The notes: generated by a model from the letters alone, not told the origin. DNA of 64,000 nt from Camelus ferus (GCF_009834535.1 NC_045696.1:77874001-77938000), one strand, 5' to 3'. Numbered from the stretch's first letter, positions 40,075 through 53,824 are shown. Made by a program: numbers and translations.

Positions 40075-41930
40075 GGTTATTATCTTGAATGTATCATGAG
40101 TACCACTGTCTAAAACACTGGGGTAGAGAGTCATTTATCCTACATTTAAGATCAGTTTAAGTGTAATAACTCACTCACACTACTCAATCGGTATTTGGGA
40201 AATCAAAATGTAATATTCCAGAGTGAAAAAGAAAATGATGAAAGAAGGATCCGATTGTAATATGAAATATCTTGATTTAAATATACTTCTGTCTGAAATT
40301 TTCTAAAACCAGTAATAATGACTACCTCCATGAGGAAAACTTGATACAGGCCGAATTACGTAGAAAGCAGGCCTGTCTTGTCGCTACTTTTGACACTGGT
40401 GTTAGGAACAAATTTCAGAATCTCTCTCAGTTTTCCCTCTAGCTTCATACATGTTGCTAGCTTACTGCAGAGATACAGCTGCAGAGCACTGTTTTGCTTA
40501 GCTGGGCTGTTAGTATGCAGACATTTAACAAATTTGGGGGAAATTGATATAGTTACTTGATAAGGAAGACACTTGCTAACAGAACACTTTACAGTAAAGT
40601 ACTCAGATACACATCCTAACTGGATTCTCAGAACAACTGGACATACAAGGACATCAGATGTCCTCCTGCAGATGCAGACATAAGGCTTCCCTGCAGGGAG
40701 GTGGTGTGAGCCGTCAAAGGCAGCTGGCGTGGGGACTGTCAGCTCCCTGGGGGCAGGACTGTGGCCTGGAACACATTAGAGGCTCTGAATGTTTGTTGAA
40801 TCAATCAGTTGATTAAATCTGGACTTAAATCTGGTCTTGCAGATGTCCAGTGCTTTTCTTCTAAGTAAATTATCATTACAGTGCTATTTACATATTTTAC
40901 CAAATAGAGCCCATGGTCGACTTGTGGGGCTCAGAATAGAAGACGGAAAAAAAAAAAAAACTAAACAAAACACAAAGCCCTTCAAGAGCTTCTTCACTCC
41001 TGCTTTGAGGACATGAGCAAAGTGTTGTTTTCTGTAGTTCCCACTTTGTTCAATCACTAATCAGTTCAGGGGGCTCTCAATCCACAGAACTTTGAAAAGC
41101 ATATGTCTCTAACAAAGGGCAATTCTGAATGTATTCAGTTATTTTTTTAAGGCCTCTTCAAAACTTTTTTTTTTTTTTTATGCTTTTGTTGTCAAGAGAA
41201 AAACAGATGAAATAAAACATGGGTAGCTGAGCCTCCAGCTCTGGACTCAAAAACAGAACCTTCAAGTTGAATTTCACAGCGACACGATACAAATTAAACA
41301 ATATGTAAAGACAGCCTCTTTCTCAGAAGTCTAATGCTGAGGCTGGAGGCAGAAATAAGATGCAGCTCGTGACTTTCATTCCACCACAGGTAGCTTAACT
41401 ACTTCAGTTTTATCCTATGTGGTCCAACAAGGCCTGACAAACTGCACTGCAGTACAAGAAGCATCTCTCGGGCAATGATGCGTAAAGACAGAGGGATTTT
41501 TTTAGTCAATTGCAGGAATTAGGCTTTAATGCTTTCTACTAAGACTTCATACCCCAGATAACTGACTGCGATCCACTGAGTCTTGGCAGGCAACAAGACT
41601 GCTGAAGCTGAAACTGAGGCTGTGTTAAGCAGATTTTCATGAATGTACAAAATGCTTTATTTGTAAAGCTGCTTTTCTTTGTTGCCATTCAAACGCTTTT
41701 CTTCTTTTTGGAATCTCTCAGCTTGGTCAATTTTCAGTCTTTATCAAAACTGCTTTAAAAAAAAAAAAAGTCCCTTAAAGAGCCATGGAAGAGAAATAAA
41801 CACTCACCTCATCAAACATAAATGTTTTCTTAAAAAAGAGTAATACTCAACATGACAATCTAAGAGATTAAAAATGATCATGGTCCTTACGAAAATTACA
41901 AGACCCACAGACAGACATTAAATACTTTAC

Positions 41931-42074
41931 CATTACTGGGGAGCTCCAGAGGGGTACAGGCACCACTGCTGGCTCTGTCTTCCCGCAAAGAGATGAGTTT
42001 TGCAACGAGAGATGCTGAGATGGGCTGCACGAGGAGAGGGGTGAGGTTTGATCGGTTTTGCCTGAAGTTTCCAT
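41931..42074 (-). CDS. NAALADL2: NAALADL2 internal coding exon (144 nt, phase 1-1; ~exon 6)
   Basis: Acceptor tctttgtctttcaaaaacAG|ATGG and donor AATG|GTaaag. Phase-1 translation is (D)GNFRQNRSNLTPLLVQPISASLVAKLISLREDRASSGACTPLELPSN(E), resembling recalled human ESFRQSRSNLTSLLVQPISAPLVAKLIS. Splices in frame to the 93-nt exon. Confidence 0.93.
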
Positions 42075-42284
42075 CTGTTTTTGAAAGACAAAGAAACAGA
42101 GTCCTTCGTAAATGGAAATTAAAAACACTTGAAGAGCAGTTTTTTTCTGTAATAAACTATTTCAATTATGAGTGGTGAGTATTTTAGTTCATTTCTTTAT
42201 TCCTTATTTACACTCTGTCTACTTATTAAAAAAGATTTGAGGTACCTAATAAAAATTCAGTCCAAATACCATTATGTATCCTAA

Positions 42285-43690
42285 CTAATGATGGCAGATT
42301 ACATATAGCCATTTACTTCTATTCTTCACTGAAAAGATAACAAAAGGATAAAAAAATATAAATCCAAAGGGGCAAGAGAATAGGAGAGACCACAGCTAAG
42401 ATTCTAGAAGTTGGAAGCAGATGCTTGTCAACTGATGTAACAGATCAAGCGTAGGCCAGCAGAGGGGGGGGCGCTGAAAAGCAATGCAGCTTGTAACAGA
42501 ACCCAGAAAAGCTTAGGAATTGGTAACACCAGCTACCTACGAAAACAGCGGGAAAGGAAGGCTAGAAATAGGAGGTTTGACAAAATTCTGATTGGGAAGG
42601 AGTCTCTCCTCCTGAACCCCTCACTCACCCAGTTAGTGCGAATGATGCCTGCTCTTCCCGCCTTTCCTGCAGCAGAGACTGAAAGAGGGACACTGAGCAG
42701 GGAGGTGCCAGACACGGGGAAGGGGGAATCTCTCACTTTAAATGGGATGGTGCTCAGGACTCTTCAGATGTCCTGCTTTGATGGTGCCCAGACTCCTTCT
42801 CTCCAGATAGGGCAAAAGAAGATCCACTCATAGTAAGTAGGACCATATCAACGGACACTACAGAAAAATACTGAAAATCTGGAAGTCTACCAATAAAACA
42901 ACCCACTCAAGACATCCTATGTTAATTAACACTCATCAGTCAATACATCCCACCCATATACAGAACTTCAAATCAGATTAATTTTGCCATTCTTAAGTAG
43001 GCGCTCTCAGCCAAGGGCAATCCTGGAAAGGCCCGTGTGGAGCAGACCTCGTAAGGATAAAGTGTAGGAGGTCAGGAGGGAGGTCTCCAGAAGACAAAAA
43101 TAATGGAAATACCAGATGTGTCTTCATGGATTGAGAGAATATTTACAGTAAGATCAGAGAATTAGCATTTGAAGACGTTCTAGATATACAGAAAAAAAAT
43201 GAAACATCTATGAAATGAGACAACTATTAGTTTCAAAGGGAGCAAAGAGTCATTCAAGAAAGAAATGCCATCAATGTACACCGTGAATCATATTCACATA
43301 GTCATAATAATATAAATAATGACTTTTGAATACAGAAATTGGTATCATTCTTTGGGGAAAAACAGAAAAGGGCAAAAGTCAGGGATGAAGCATGAAAAGA
43401 AATTTACAAAAGAAAATCAAATCTGTATCTTTCATAGTGGATAAGTCAATATAATAGCTGAAAAATGAATTCAACTCAAACACGCTCTTGAGAGGCAAAG
43501 AGAAATATAAAACGTAGGTAACAACTAAAAATGTTGAAAGCGATTAAGTGTTTGCCTTTGGGACATAGAGGGGAGGGAGACAGAGGGAAGGCATGGAGAA
43601 GGTAGACACAATTTTATAAATTAAGCTTTGTAGAAATATCTATCGTCATCCATAAGTGTGAAAAAATAAAAATTAGATGAAAATTAGGAG
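42285..43690 (+). mobile_element. Degraded ancient L1-related (L1ME/HAL1-like) remnants
   Basis: GC-richer 5'UTR-like block followed by A-rich degenerate sequence with an L1ME-type tail (tgcctttgggacatagaggggagg...aaaaataaaaatt). Confidence 0.4.
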
Positions 43691-44292
43691 AGAGAACAAC
43701 CACAATAACATAAATAAGAGAAAAATACACACGTACTCACAGTAGAGAGAATGTAGAGAATAAACTAAACTCTGCATAAAGAAAAAACTTATATATATAT
43801 ATATATATTCCATTTTTATATTAATTCTGACTCAGAAAAGGGAATATACCACGGAAAGACTCTATCAGGCAGCTAATAATATTTACAAACACAGAGCTGC
43901 ATTTTTCAGAACTTTTATTAGGGAAAGTAATTACCTCAGGTTTTCTAAGAATGTAATTTGATAAAACTGCAGGGGTGCAGAGCTCAAGAATACTGGTATC
44001 CAGGCTCCAGGAGGCAGATTATAAATGAGAAAATGTGTTAGGAAGTGTTTCCTTAATTTATCATCAGGAAAACCACAAGATTAAAATGTAACATTTAGCT
44101 TAGGCTTCTAGCAGCCACAAAGTCATGGCTTTGGGGAAAAAAAAAAAGTAAGATTTAAGCTGAGGATCAGTTTTGTTGTATCAGCACAGTGCTGGTCTCC
44201 TAACTTAGTAGCCCTTTCTATAGGGATATATGACAGTGCATTTTGACCACAGTGCAATTCACTGCTTCCTAACCATTTTCATGTCATAGTAC

Positions 44293-44467
44293 GGAGACTG
44301 GCTATATTATTTTCAGGTTCCAAAGCAAACTGACAACGTGGGGCTTCTTGTTCAAAAAGTAGGAGGGATTTCCATACGGCAGTAGAGAGCATTGACTCAA
44401 ACATGGGTCCTATCGAGTGCGGGCCCTGTGCAACTGTCCGGGTTGAATGACCTTGAATCAGACTCTG
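44293..44467 (-). mobile_element. MER91A-like hAT-Tip100 MITE
   Basis: The reverse complement reads cagagtctgattcaagg...gttgcacagggcccgcactc...aatgctctctactgcc...tttttgaacaagaagcccc...tatagccagtctc, matching the recalled MER91A consensus. Confidence 0.8.
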
Positions 44468-47084
44468 CACGGTTCACATAGAAGATGCTAGCAGCCATGC
44501 AGCCTGCTGAGGCCAACCGAAGGTGATTTTCAGACCGCAGGGAAGTTGCTCTCAGCCACAGTGACCAGCCCTGAGTTGCTGTTGCTCCAGGCAACACCTA
44601 GGGCCGTAGTGATGAAAATCTCAAGGCCCAGTGTGCCTCACTCAGCATCCAGCTAGGAGGTCCTGATAGAGCTTTCCAGTCCCCTGGTTCTCCCAGCATG
44701 AATTTTCTCCCTCAGCCACTACCTTTGAAACCTAAAGTTTACATAGGACAATGAAATAGTATTTATGAGAAATGTGCAATCTGTTATCTTGCAGTTTTCC
44801 TGGATGTTAGGTCCTTACACATTACCAACACAAAATCAAACTTCTTAAAGTGCTGCATGATTTCACCTCTCCCCAATTCAAAGACCCCTCACAATCTCAG
44901 ACCTTTTATTTCCAACATGATTTCCTATCATTCCTCTCTATACATTTTATGCTAAAACTTAATTCTATGATTTATATCCTCATCCTGTTTTTGCTGAAGC
45001 CATTCCTTCCACTTTACTTGCTCTTCTCACATATCACGTGTCTGAACGTGTCTGAACTATATACTTTTCCTTTCAAGTCCAACTCATTTTCTACATTCCT
45101 CTGATTTCTCTGACACCTTCAGGGTCTATGTGATCTAGCTGCACCTTTTTTCTTCTCCTCTGCAGTGCTTGCCATTTCTAATTCACATTATCACTATGTA
45201 AAAACACTTCGGTTTTCCCCTCTAAATTCTAAATTCCTTAAAGAAAAGGACTAAGTCTTCTACATCATTGCATGACACACAATGCCTAGCTCATTACCAA
45301 GAACATAAAAGCAGCTCAATAATAATGGAAGGAGGGAAGGAAAGAAGGAAGGAAGGATGGGTTAACAATTCTTTAAGAAACAGTCTCAATGTCTATACCT
45401 TACAGGATTTCTGAATGCCTAGAAAATGAAGCAGGGGTACAGCCAAAAAACAAATTACAATTTATTAATCTTATGCTTGCTGTACATTAGTGCTTTCTCT
45501 GTAGCTGTGTACCCTCAAAACCTTCAAAACCTGTACATCGTCATCAATGTACTGATTAACTGTGCTCTAAAACTACCTCTTGGGGGGAAAATGTATTCAT
45601 GTAATAAAATCATCTTTGAGGTATACTTATAAGTTAATAAAAAAATCAGTAATTATATTCTTTTTTTCTCTAGAATGCTCTGTTAAGCATCTGAAACAGT
45701 GCCTTTAAAGTTAAACGTGAGAGAACCCTAAACAGTAATTGAACATACACAAATCTTTGAGTTTTCGTACAGCATGACTAATAGACTTGCATTAGTTTCG
45801 AAATATCTGAAGTAAGTGGTTCATTAATTTTTCACCTTCAGCTTAATGGAAATTTAATAAACAGTTCACTTCTAACAGAAGATACTAAAGGCAGGACTTT
45901 ATAGGGCACTAACACTAAATTACAGACAAAAGTAGTTTTTTTTTTTAATTTCACTTTTTTAATAACTGACTGAGAGAAGAATTTCACTTTCTTGTATTAT
46001 TAAGAAACTTTGAATAAAACCAAACACATGTACCATTTTTAATCAGTTATACTTTAAAACATTTATAAACTATAAGAACCCATTAGATATGAGCTGAAAA
46101 TCAGGTGGATCATGTGCCTTGTACAAAGGGTCCCATCCAGAAAATAGCTGACATTACATTTTAGCACTATGACATTTAGATGTAGCATTTATGTCATACC
46201 CTGTAAACTGCCTACGTTCGGTAAAGACTGACACCAACTTTTACTTTAGTAGGTAGCTAGTTCTCTCTTCACTTTATGAACTCTTTGTAATCTAGATAAA
46301 GATCCAAATTGATTCATCCCATTCAATAATCCCTGATACAATTCCACACGCATATAGTCGAAAGAGGAAATAGGATATACAGTGTTCCAAGACTGACTCC
46401 ACCCCTGCCTCGCTGTTTGAAATGTAACACAAATAATTTCATTATGATAAAGACTGTCATCCCATCTACCATAACCGAACAACCACGGTGACATTGAAGG
46501 GTCTTCATTATGTGATTTACTGAAATAAAATCATACATTAGCTCAGAGGCCTAGAACCTGAAACACAGTGACTGAAATTTAGAAGAAATGGGGTTAAAAA
46601 TAAGTAAAATTGTTTCTAATTGAACACATTTAACAGGTTTTCATTATGTTTTTTCAAATTGTTGATGCCAACTGCAGTCACATCTGTGTATAAAGAAAAC
46701 ACGTTAGCTGCCAGCAATTTTTTGTGTGGCTAGATGGAATTCTTTTAAAAGCCATTGAAACGTTTGTGTATACAGCAAATGCCAATTACCCAAAGAGGAT
46801 CAGGAAAGATAAACCCTCAGTGACCAGAAATCTTATACACTGGGATCCTCAAAAAATTACGGCACTAAGAGGAGAGAGAAGGTAAAGAATGTCCTGATAG
46901 ATAAAATATGACGGTCCCAGTGTGGCTCAGTGAGAAGAACGTGCTGCCTTGAGGAGGACAGTATTATGTCCAAACTGAGGTGTATAAGCCAACCCTCGGC
47001 ACCTGGCTCTGTGTGTGTATGTGTCTGTAAACGTGAGAAGCGTGCTACACATGCAGCCACGGACCCAGTACATCCTTTCTATTC

Positions 47085-47222
47085 AGGGTCTAGTCTTTGC
47101 ACAAGCAGCACGGGAAGGATGCATTAGAAACACAGAGTCTCAGGCACCACCCCCTTTCTGATCAGAATCTGGAGTCTAACAAGATCTCCAGGTGTTTCAT
47201 ATGCAGATTAGAGAAGCAGTGG
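47085..47222. mobile_element. MER5-like hAT-Charlie MITE
   Basis: ttagaaacacagagtctcaggcaccacc...atcagaatctgg...taacaagatctccaggtg...gagaagcagtg. Confidence 0.7.
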
Positions 47223-48497
47223 CCTCTATTATTATATATTTTTCCATGGCATAATTTACATTCACAGTAAAAAAAAAAAAGATACAAAAAGCAGGATGAA
47301 GAGTAATAGACTACATTTGCTCACCTTGCCCAAATTAAAGATGACAGAGCCTCTGACTATATTAATAAACTCCAAATCATTGCTTTTCTCAGAGGGTCTT
47401 CTTCGAAATGAGTAACAAGGCCTGGGCATAAAACATCACTAAATAACAAGTTTCAACTGGACTGAGAGCACTCCTTTTTGTTTTTGCCCTTTTCTCAAAG
47501 ATAAGTTTGGTGATTTAAACACAAAAATTACATTTACAACACTTTACTTCAGGCATGAATAAATATTACAATAGCTAAATGATTTGACTTCTTTTTTCTG
47601 TCCCAGGTTTTCAACTATTCTAATTCATTATAGTAAAAGATTGCCAAGCCTAAAGTGTCAATACTTCCCACTTGCCAGAGAACCTAGCAATCAAAGGGCT
47701 TAAAGAGCAGAGATTTTAAAATACATTTTATGCTGCGCTTTTATGAAAAAGACTCAAATATCAAATGAACCAGTTGATATCAGCAATGCTATCCCAGAAT
47801 ATTTGATTTGACTTTCTCCGGAGAACTGCCACTTTGACAGAAATCAGACCGTTAAGCAACTGGCGTGCCTGTTTCTTCACTTTTATCCTAGCTCACTCAA
47901 CTTACGGTTATTTCCCTGAAATGACCTGCGTGCTAAAGTGGCTCGTCGTTTTGTTGCCCTTGTAAATACAGCTGATCCTTTGTTATTTCAGTGTCTCGTA
48001 ACCTGCTGGTTATGAATATGGCCGTTTTCCTTCAAGCTATTCAGATTCAGCACTGTGTCGTTTAGGTTACTGTTGAAAAAGAAATACCTAACACTTAAAA
48101 ATGTTTTGTGCTGTGCAGCCTTCTCAGACCTTTTCTGTGCTCTCTGTGTGCATACATACATATAGACATACATATGCATACATATATATATATACACACA
48201 CACACATGTGTATTTGTTTTGACCATATAGGAATTTTATTACAAACAGTAATTTTCATTTTAATTTTGAGAACAGCTATTTCATTAGTTTACATCGCATT
48301 TCTTACCTTCTCTCAAAATAACATAAATTGCAGGTCTAAAAGCTGGCTGATGCCAGTTTACCCAATTCTTAGATGTCACTTACTCTGGGAAATTTGGTGC
48401 TTGTATGAGCCTCATAGAAGTCCTTGCTTACACACTTAGTAAACATGGATCTGCTCTAATTTCCATTTCACTCTCTGCTCACCGGCCAAAGTATAAC

Positions 48498-48652
48498 TTT
48501 TTTTTCTTTCTGGGTGTGGGTGGTAATTAGATTTGCTTATCTATCTAGATATTAATAAATAAATAAATAAATAAATTAGAAGTACTGGGGACTGAACCCA
48601 GGACCTCGTGCATGCTAAGCAGGCATTCTACCACTGAGCTATACCCTCTCCA
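48498..48652 (-). mobile_element. tRNA-Ala(AGC)-derived SINE (camelid Vic-1-like)
   Basis: Minus strand GGAGAGGGTATAGCTCAGTGGTAGAATGCCTGCTTAGCATGCACGAGGTCCTGGGTTCAGTCCCCAGTACT has A and B boxes and an AGC anticodon. It is followed by (TTTA)n, a unique tail and an A-run, with an approximate TSD AGTATAA(A)CTT. Confidence 0.85.
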
Positions 48653-51600
48653 CTAGAGTATAAACTTCTTAAGGGCTCATTCACTGCTGTATTCCCACAG
48701 CTTAGCACACTGTCTAGCAAAAAGTAGGGGGGCTCAGTGAATGTTCAGTGTACAAACGATCATAGCAATATTCAAATGAGTAACTTTGTTTTGTCGAATC
48801 ATAAGCCTAAAACTCATGACTCATGATATAAAACTTGCAATCACAAAGTGCTAAAAATGAAGACACAGATGGTCTTATCTCCTCATTCCTCTTAGTCTTC
48901 TCTTAAGCTAAAGCATCCTGCCACGTTCCCCAGCAAACATCATAATATTTAATTATTTAATTAAATTTGAGTACAAATAGTTTAATTTGCTAATGTACTG
49001 TAAAAAGTAATGTTTAGTTTTACATTAAAGATAGTAGAAAATTAACATACTCATTTATAAAGCAAAGAGCATTTTAAAAGATCATACAGATTATGTAGAG
49101 TACCATTTGTTTTAAAAAAGGAGTACATGGGAAAAGTGTTAACATTAGTTTATTAATTTATATTAATATTTGTTATTTGAATTTGGGCTCTACTTTTCCA
49201 ACTAGCTTATTCAAAGATATTAATCACAGATATGACACAGGCTCAGAAAAACCTAGGTAAGTTTTCCTATCACTAAAAATATTTTTCTTTTATGTTTAGA
49301 CACATAAATTCAAGATTTATATTTGTAAAGTGAAGTTATTTAGGGCACAGGACTTTAAAATATAAATTATCATCATTTTCTCCACCCAAATATGCCTGAT
49401 TGTCTATTTATCTGTGGCTATGTAGTCTTGGAATTTGCTTTAAAATTGGCAAACATTCAATTAATTCAATTTAACACACAATTTTTGTATTAAAAATTTT
49501 TGATTAATATGCAGTTAAGCACGAAGCTATGCTTCTTTTGATCATTATACAGAACATAAGTATACTATTTAATTATATTATTAGTTGAAATTTGATGTGG
49601 CCTATAATTGGATTATTATGTACAGAATTATGAGAATGTCTTTTCATAAATACTTTGTTATTTATGGCTTTAACACACATTGATATAATTACTTCAAAGT
49701 TCAGTGCTATGTTTCAGGTAGATGATGGTCATGATTAAAAACATGTTCTCTTAAAGACATTTTGTAGTATACTCCTTTCTACTAAAAAAAAGCAGGACTT
49801 CCTTTGGCATGAGGTTTTATCTCACTGAGTTTATATTTTTAAATTTGTCATTTTCAGAGAAAATTAAGATATAAAACAGCAGTGGTGATGTTCAGATACT
49901 GACAAATGTTTCCTTAATTCTCTTTCAGAGGAATATTGCTTGTATGAGATCTGATTCCCTATTCCATGTAACTCTAAATATTTCTATTCTTTTGTATTCA
50001 TCATTTGTCTACTCCAAGACTATTTCATTCCCTAGAGCCTTCTAAGAAGATGAACATTTGGAAATAAAACATAAACTGTATTATAAGAAAAACAAAATGA
50101 GAGACAGATAAAATATTTAGCTTGTTCTTTACTTCAAGGAGAGCAGTCTAGATTCATAACTAGAATAAAGGGCCATCTGTACATTACATGTAATAAAAGC
50201 AAAGCAATCCTCTTCAGAGGCATTCCCCCGAGAGGCTTCCCATCTCAAACTGAAGGGTATGAACACTGGAATGATTTGCAAAGTTTCTTGTTTTAGAAAA
50301 AGTATAGTTTGCATTTTTTACAAGACAGCAAATAAACTGTATAGATGTGTTTTGTTTGTTGTTTGGTTGTTAGGAAAGTATGTCACCATTAATTCACAAT
50401 AAAATTCTTAACAGATTGTAATGAGAACACGTTATTTTATGAGACTGATTAGATGAACAGGCAGAAAACCAGTGCATTATTTCTGGATTAACTTATTTTT
50501 TAGATGTTTTCTGATACTAAAAGTGGAAAAAAATTAACCCTTGTTCTTCTGATATAGATGCTAGATTAAATGAGCTGTCTATATGAAGTGCTTCCCAGCT
50601 ATTTATGTTTTCTTATGCATTTTCTGTTTTTGGCATGGAGAAATGAGACAAGAAAGGGACAATTGTCTAGATTCCAGAGATCAACATCTGCTCCTTACTC
50701 TGCCTCTAAATGGGAAGTGACAATGAGAAGGTTTTTCACCTCTTTTGCAGCCTTAAACTCATCCCATATATAAGGATCCCATGTGTAAGGATTACCACTT
50801 CTAAGATTTTGGTTCTAAACTTACCCATAGGTGATCATTTAAATAAGACAATAGTTTCCTCTCCAAGGTGCTTCAAGATGTCATATGGTAGTTTACAATT
50901 GATGGGAATTTAATAGAAATCTTTCTCATCTTTATTGTGAAAGAGGCCCTTTGTATTTACATGGTTACCTCTAAATTTTAGGTGAATATCCCTCTATAAT
51001 TATAGAAAAATCCCTCAGATTTGGAATGGGTAATATGAAAGATTTCAGTAAATTATCTTCCTGGCTTATTATTTTTCTTAAATTTTTTTTAAATTGACTA
51101 TTAATCACACACAGAATTGTGACTTGAAAAATATCAGTCTAGAATCTTGGTGTAGTGGTAGTGTATCACCAGAGAAGATGCACCTAGAAGAAAAAAAAAT
51201 GTGCCATCGAAAAATTCCCTCAGTTACTAAGTCACAGATTGATCATTAAGAATTGTCTGTACACAGAACTCTAGTCAGAAATATTCTATTGTTAATCCTT
51301 CCTCTGAATTTATACATGTGAAAATTTTCTTACAGAGAAAATTTGGTGAAAGTAATTTAATCAATTATTTTGGATGTACATTTCCTCAAAGTACTGTATG
51401 AAATGGACCCTCAATTCACATTCAAAACAGAAAAAAAAAAGGACTATGACAATGTTTTGCCTATTTTCTTACTAAGGTAATATTTTTTAGTGTATTGAAA
51501 GGTTATCTTCCTAAAGCTCGTCTTCTTTGAAGTCACAGCACAGGCTGTAATGGCACAGAGACAGACAGGGCTGTGCACAGTATAACACTAATGGTCTAGT

Positions 51601-52714
51601 TAATAAGCCAGGGTGTTCTTTAAGGACAGAAATAACGTCTTTGTTAGTTCTCATATGTAGGACTTCAAATAGCACTATGCATAGTCATCTTTTAAAAGCT
51701 TCTTCATGATAAGGGAGCTTAAACAAAATTCAAGATTATTCACTTTGGCCTAAATTTTCTTTCTAGCTTCTTTAATCCCTAAATACTAAATGCTGAGCTA
51801 CATGTCAAGAACCTTTTGGGTCACTCTTAGTCAACATCATGAATGATTCCTAGAAGAGGCAGGAACGGAGTGCGAACTTAAATTACTAGAAAATTTAAAA
51901 GTACAAGAAGTTACTCCAGGGAAAGAACAGACCCCTGTCTAACACCTGTATTTAAGTGCATTTTTGTGGCACGTGGGTTGGGGTGGAAACAGGGAGCCCA
52001 GCAGAACATCTGGGAGGAGATAAAAGACCAAAAACATCCAGCTTCATGACTTGACCTAGTCAGGGAATGAAAGAGGTTCAGAGTGGCCAAAGAACCCAAA
52101 GTCTTTGGCCAGGCCGTGTGAAATGAACCAGCAAAGCTTAGAGGCTTTGGTAGTTACGAAGAGAACAGGTTCACCAGAAAAAAGGGAGAAACAGATACCT
52201 GAAAAGGACAAAAAATAAACTGCTAATGGGTGAGTGGCACAGCAGTGTCCTGTGACCAGTCAGTGGGCAGCATGTCACAGCCTGGCTACAAAACAATGAC
52301 TAGAACTGCCCTCTTTAGCTACATCTGGTTTCAGATGATCCTGGCTTGACAGGCTATTTTATATAACATCTAAGTTTCAAACTATAAATAAAATACATAT
52401 GAGAAAAATGATTCCTGACAAAAGAATCAACAGGATTAAATGGGCTGGGGTGGGAAAACCAAGGTGCAAAAAAGGTGTGGCAAGAAGTCAAGGTTACCTG
52501 AGATCAAGTATGTTATAGCTTAAGGGAAGAATTAGAGAGTCCTTATTTTGCTGGGCCTTTATGATAGATAACAAGTGTGGAGAGTATTAAGTACTGGGGA
52601 TTTGGATAGGGTTTTGAGTGGAGAATTTGTACCACTAAAGTGGATTTTAAAAATTCTGATGCCATTTTTGTCAGACACACAGCTTGGTATTTAGAATATA
52701 TCATCTCATTCCAT

Positions 52715-52880
52715 TTCCACACTCTAAATATGATAGTACAACTTTTCAAACTAGTTATTGTTTTTTCCATTTTACGGAAATGACTCTAAAGCTCAGAAAC
52801 TCGGAGATGCTTAACGTCACATAGCTGGTGAGCAACAGAAATAGGCTCAGAGTCTGCTTTTTTTAGACTCTGAAATTGAG
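52715..52880 (-). mobile_element. MIR SINE
   Basis: ccattttacggaaatgactctaaagctcagaaac...cttaacgtcacatagctggtgagcaacaga. Confidence 0.7.
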
Positions 52881-53310
52881 GATCTGGTGTCAAAACTGTT
52901 AGAAGTTATTGCCATTTCTCAACAAGAAGTAACACTTGCATGAGGTAAGATGTTTCGGGAAGCAGAAATGGAAAGATACATGTGAAATCCTGGAAAAGCC
53001 TGCAAGTTTTGGCAACCCACTGAACAGAGTGGTAGCAATGAGATAATAGAGGAAGCAACTAACGTTTCAATCCTGGATGTATACAAGAATGAAAGTCCTA
53101 TTAATGACCCAGGTTCAGAACAAAAACTGTCCTGGAGGTAAAGAGGAGTGAGAATATTTTAAATACTTATATTTAGCATTTGGCTTCTTGGGACAATTAT
53201 TACTATAAAGCCTTTATAAACAAAGTAAGAAGTTCTGCCTACCTGTTCACATTACAGTTAGCCCCACTGGTTGTTTTCTGAACACTGCAAATGTCTGCAC
53301 AATGACATCT

Positions 53311-53824
53311 CTGTGGTATATATACACCCACATCCACACAATGGAATACTACTCAGCCATAAAAAATGAAATAATGCCATTTGCAGCAACATGGATGGAA
53401 CTGGAGATCATTATACTAAGTGAAATAAGCCAGAACAAGAAAGAAAAATACCATATTCTATTATTTATATGTGGAGTCTTAAAAAATGAGACAAATGAAC
53501 TTATTTACAAAACAGAAGCAGACTCATAGACAAAAAAGCAAACTTGTGATTATGGCAGAGGGTGGGGGGAAGGAATGAGAAGGGATAAACTTGGGAGTTC
53601 AGGATTTGCAGATATTAACTACTATGTATAAAATGGATAAACAACAAGGTCCTACTGTATAGCACAGAGAACTATATTCAATACCTTGTAATAGCCTACA
53701 ATGGAAGAGAATATGAGAAGGAATAGATATGTATGTATAACTGAATCACTATGCTATACACCCAAAATTAATGCAACATTCTAAACCAGATTAAACATCA
53801 ATAAAAAAATAAAAATTAAAAAAA
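53311..53824 (+). mobile_element. Cetartiodactyl/camelid-type L1 3' end, ~510 bp
   Basis: ORF 53302..53529 includes MEYYSAIKN. The 3'UTR is homologous to the 39.2-40.1 kb copy. AATAAA plus A-tail. Confidence 0.92.

Noticed and set aside
40649..40663. Perfect inverted repeat GGACATC-A-GATGTCC
   Set aside because: 7-bp arms are expected by chance several times in 64 kb.
41868..42128. ORF MFLISIYEG...METSGKTDQ as the coding frame
   Set aside because: It is a shadow frame. The phase-1 frame is the one that matches NAALADL2 and splices in frame with the next exon.
48580..48652. Functional tRNA-Ala gene
   Set aside because: The acceptor stem is imperfect, and it is followed by a SINE-type body, A-tail and approximate TSD.
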